A DNA stretch of 64,000 nucleotides from Trypanosoma brucei. Lineage: Eukaryota. Below the pieces are notes generated by a model. The model was not told the DNA's origin. It was given only the letters and a program-made list of their open reading frames with translations, and made no database searches. This document shows, one piece after another, positions 61,340 through 64,000 of this stretch (its first letter is position 1; each line of letters starts with the position of its first letter). Location: NCBI GenBank assembly GCA_000002445.1, contig CM000207.1, forward strand, positions 2,816,001 through 2,880,000. Direction: 5' to 3'. The translations under genes were made by a program, and so were the position numbers.

Positions 61340-62728
61340 AGCAGCAGCAAAAAGATAAAAAATTTTATTTGGAAATAAACGTGGCTTCCTGAAAGCGTCA
61401 CTTTCCTATTTATAATCTTTTTTAGGTTATGTCTTCCATTTTTCTATTGTTGTTTCAGCCCCTCCATTTTGAGTTTGTGATATAGGGACGTTGTTTTCTT
61501 TTGCTTTTGCGGCATTATATTTGCATTTTTTATCGCCCTCAACTGCGTTTTTGTTATAGCTACAGTAAGGCTTGTTGTTGTATCAATATTATTTTGTGAT
61601 TTGATTGCATATCTCCTGGATTTTCTCTGGCTGGCATTTTGTTTGCTGAGCTACTGCGGTTGTAACCAGTTTAGGGCTTATTGCGTCAAAGAATTGATGT
61701 ATCCTCTGTTTGACTCGCTTGTCGTGCCTGCCGCACGGCCACTATTGCCTTGTTGGCTTTTAGTAGGGTGTCTTTTGATATCGTGAGCTCTGTCTGGTCC
61801 TTGCTCCGTCCGACTTCAGCCTCAGTAGTCGCTATGTTTTCGTAGTCCATCTTGTCGGTGGCTTCGCCCAATGTTATTACATTCTTTAGGGCCGCTATCG
61901 CTGGTGTCAGTGAAGCTGCTTTGGTGCTCGCCAGTAATTGTATTTGTGCTAATATGGTGTCGGTGTCGATGGTGCTGGTGGTTTTCCATGCTGTGTCGGT
62001 CGAATCTCTGCTAGTTATTTTCAGTAAGTCACAGACAAAAAAGTTCCACTGTTTCTTCCACCGCTTAAATCTATAAAGCCGTCGGTTGTGTCGAGCCGCG
62101 TTAGCTTACAGCCTTTGTCGGCATCGGCGCCTTTCATTGTTTCGGTTGCTGCCGCTTCTGTAAGTTCAGTAGTGTAGTCCGGTTCCGCGTTTTTCTGGTT
62201 GATGGGCCACTGCGTTGCAAGCTTACCGCTAACGGCGCACGCTCCCATGTGTTCAATTTTGGCCCGATCTGAGCCACTGTTGTCTGCGACCACGCAGTAG
62301 TTCGCGCTGCCGTTATGTGCCGAGAAAAAAAGGTTGACGGTTTCCATTATCGCGCCTGCCGCCTCTGCTGCCACGAGGCCCTTGTGGATCGTGGACTTTA
62401 ATTTTGCTTTGGCTTCCGCTTGCAGTTTCTGCTGGCGCTCCCGGACTAGCATTAGTAGGTCAATGCTTTCCGGAGGTTCCAGCATCTCTTTCTTTTTTAT
62501 GCACTCCGTCATATCGTCCACCACACTTTTTGCCTTTTCGAGCGTTGAATCAACGCTCATCGCTATTGTCGCTGCGAATTCTCCATGAGCGCGCAGCTTA
62601 GTTGCCAGCGTGCACGCGTCGATGAAGCCTTTGGCAGCTAGAGCAGGCCTTACGGAGTGTACAGGACGAGCTACAACTGCGATCACAACGGCTACGCAAG
62701 CGGCCCGGAAGTTGTTGTTTAAGAACAT
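61340..62728 (-). pseudogene. VSG: VSG pseudogene. Signal peptide MFLNNNFRAACVAVVIAVVARPVHS. The 235-aa N-terminal ORF is intact, then frameshifts follow. Degenerate KDSS-type tail (…NKIFYLFAAAFIILEAF…).
   Basis: ORFs 62021..62728 and 61686..61871 are present. C-terminal Cys/Lys-rich translation sits in another frame at about 61380-61560. Confidence 0.75.
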
Positions 62729-64000
62729 TAAAAACTCTTTTCTTTGTTTCGATTTACTACTTGTTGATGTTGTATTTGAAGGTGTTTTTGGTAAAGTTGC
62801 AAAAAATCATCTGTAAGCGGTGTCAGCTATCGACTGTCTTCAATGTTGAAGTTAAGCTTGGGTGCGTTGTTGACGGACGAGTGATTGTCCTACCTGTGCT
62901 TTGTTTCCTTATTTTGCTTTGTGTGGTGGATAAGTTTCTGTGCTTTTTTTTCGGATTATGGCATTGAAGGGGTAGAACCTCATAACACCAGAACCTTCGT
63001 TCTTGGGTCTGCATCTATTTTAACTTTCACCAGCCTATTTAGTAAGTGCTTCTCGATCTTACGGGGCTACAGTATGACGTTCAAGGATTTCTCATGCTTT
63101 TAAAAAAGACAAGTTCCTCCGTCACAGCGCTTTCATCCCTAACCTTTCTTCCTTCTTTTCTATTTTCTTTAACGGATTATCAAAAACCATACTCATTTAC
63201 TGCTGTTGTTAATGTCTCTCCAGTGATTTTATCTTTGCTATTTTTCCGCACTTGTGAAAATACATTACAACTTGCAGCGGTGTATTAACGATACATCCCA
63301 AAAAACTGGCTTTCACTCTTATATCCCATCACCACAGGTTTATTAATTACCATTTTCATTGGCATCACAGTTTTCTCCGATGGATGCACTCATTTTGAAG
63401 CCAAATGCGGACCATTTTTATTCTTCATGCATTTTAATTTTAAGAAAATCCCATGTCCTTGGGAAACAATGGTTTATATCGGCGTAGAGAGCTCAGTTTT
63501 ATATTTTAAGCGTTTTATTTTTCTCTTTTCGTGTTGACATTCTGGGCGCTAATGAGAAGGTTTTGCTTCTCATTTTTCTAAACTCATTCCGTTTGGAACT
63601 TGGATTTTCGTATTTCTTCCATGTTTATTTTTGTGTTTCTACCGCTTTTTTAGTGCTTGTTACTCTCTTTTAAACGTATAAATAGATGAAAATTTAGGAA
63701 AAATAAATACTTATGTAAAATGGATGTAATTTTCTGGTGTTTGGCCGCTGGGTTGCATCTACTTAAGCTATTCTATGTCATCTCATTTATAATCTATTGA
63801 TTCTTCGATTTGAGTTATATTTTCACACTTTCAGCTGACTTCAAACTCGAAAATGTTGAAATGATTTGTTCTATCGGATAACTTGTTCAATTTACTTAAA
63901 TGCAAGGCCCTATAAGCGTCAGTGCCTCTACACTATTTTTTGATGCCATAACAGTTTTATTCATCGCTTCACTTCGATGTTTTTGTGCTTTCTTTTGGTT

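Noticed and set aside
1-64000. The possibility that the window encodes a prokaryotic defence, CRISPR or toxin system, as hinted by the task
   Set aside because: No CRISPR-like direct repeats, no operonic gene packing, and no bacterial-type genes were found. The 70-bp repeats, ingi, VSG domain architecture and GPI signals all point to a trypanosome subtelomere, so features are interpreted in that framework.

Overview
This window is not prokaryotic. It reads as a subtelomeric variant surface glycoprotein (VSG) array from an African trypanosome of the Trypanosoma brucei group. This is inferred from hallmark sequences, not from a database search. I found nothing resembling a novel defence, toxin or metabolic system.

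Four hallmarks support the call:
- **VSG cassettes.** About 16 VSG genes or pseudogenes carry signal peptides, Ala/Thr/Lys-rich N-terminal domains, Cys-rich C-terminal domains and the two classic GPI-signal tails (…KDSSFLVNKKFALS… and …NTTGSNSFVINKAPLL…).
- **70-bp repeats.** Nearly every cassette is preceded by 1-2 copies of the VSG-upstream 70-bp repeat ((TAA)n…GAGAGTGTTGTGAGTGTGT…ATACGAATATTATAAT).
- **3'UTR motif.** Each cassette is followed by the VSG 3'UTR 16-mer (TGATATATTTTAACAC-like).
- **ingi retroelement.** A roughly 5.3 kb degenerate ingi non-LTR retrotransposon on the minus strand carries AP-endonuclease, reverse transcriptase/RNase H and C2H2 zinc-finger segments and an N-terminal 2A-like DMEENPGP motif.

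The window has a clear layout:
- Positions 1-11.7 kb hold plus-strand cassettes: 70-bp repeat, 1.3-2 kb co-transposed region, then VSG.
- The ingi sits at about 12.9-18.1 kb.
- From 18.6 kb to the end, all cassettes are on the minus strand.

The ingi therefore marks a convergent strand-switch between two sub-arrays.

The VSG copies are in mixed condition:
- Two look intact: 2844..4388 on the plus strand and 45060..46523 on the minus strand.
- One is near-intact: 37579..39157.
- The rest are frameshifted, stop-containing or truncated pseudogenes, as expected for the silent archive.

Other content:
- a fragmented UDP-Gal/GlcNAc-type glycosyltransferase pseudogene (24.4-26.7 kb)
- a degenerate interstitial telomere-like tract downstream of an intact VSG (about 44.75-44.84 kb)
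- a conserved roughly 100-bp motif recurring in the co-transposed regions
- simple microsatellites

No tRNA, rRNA or CRISPR features were seen.
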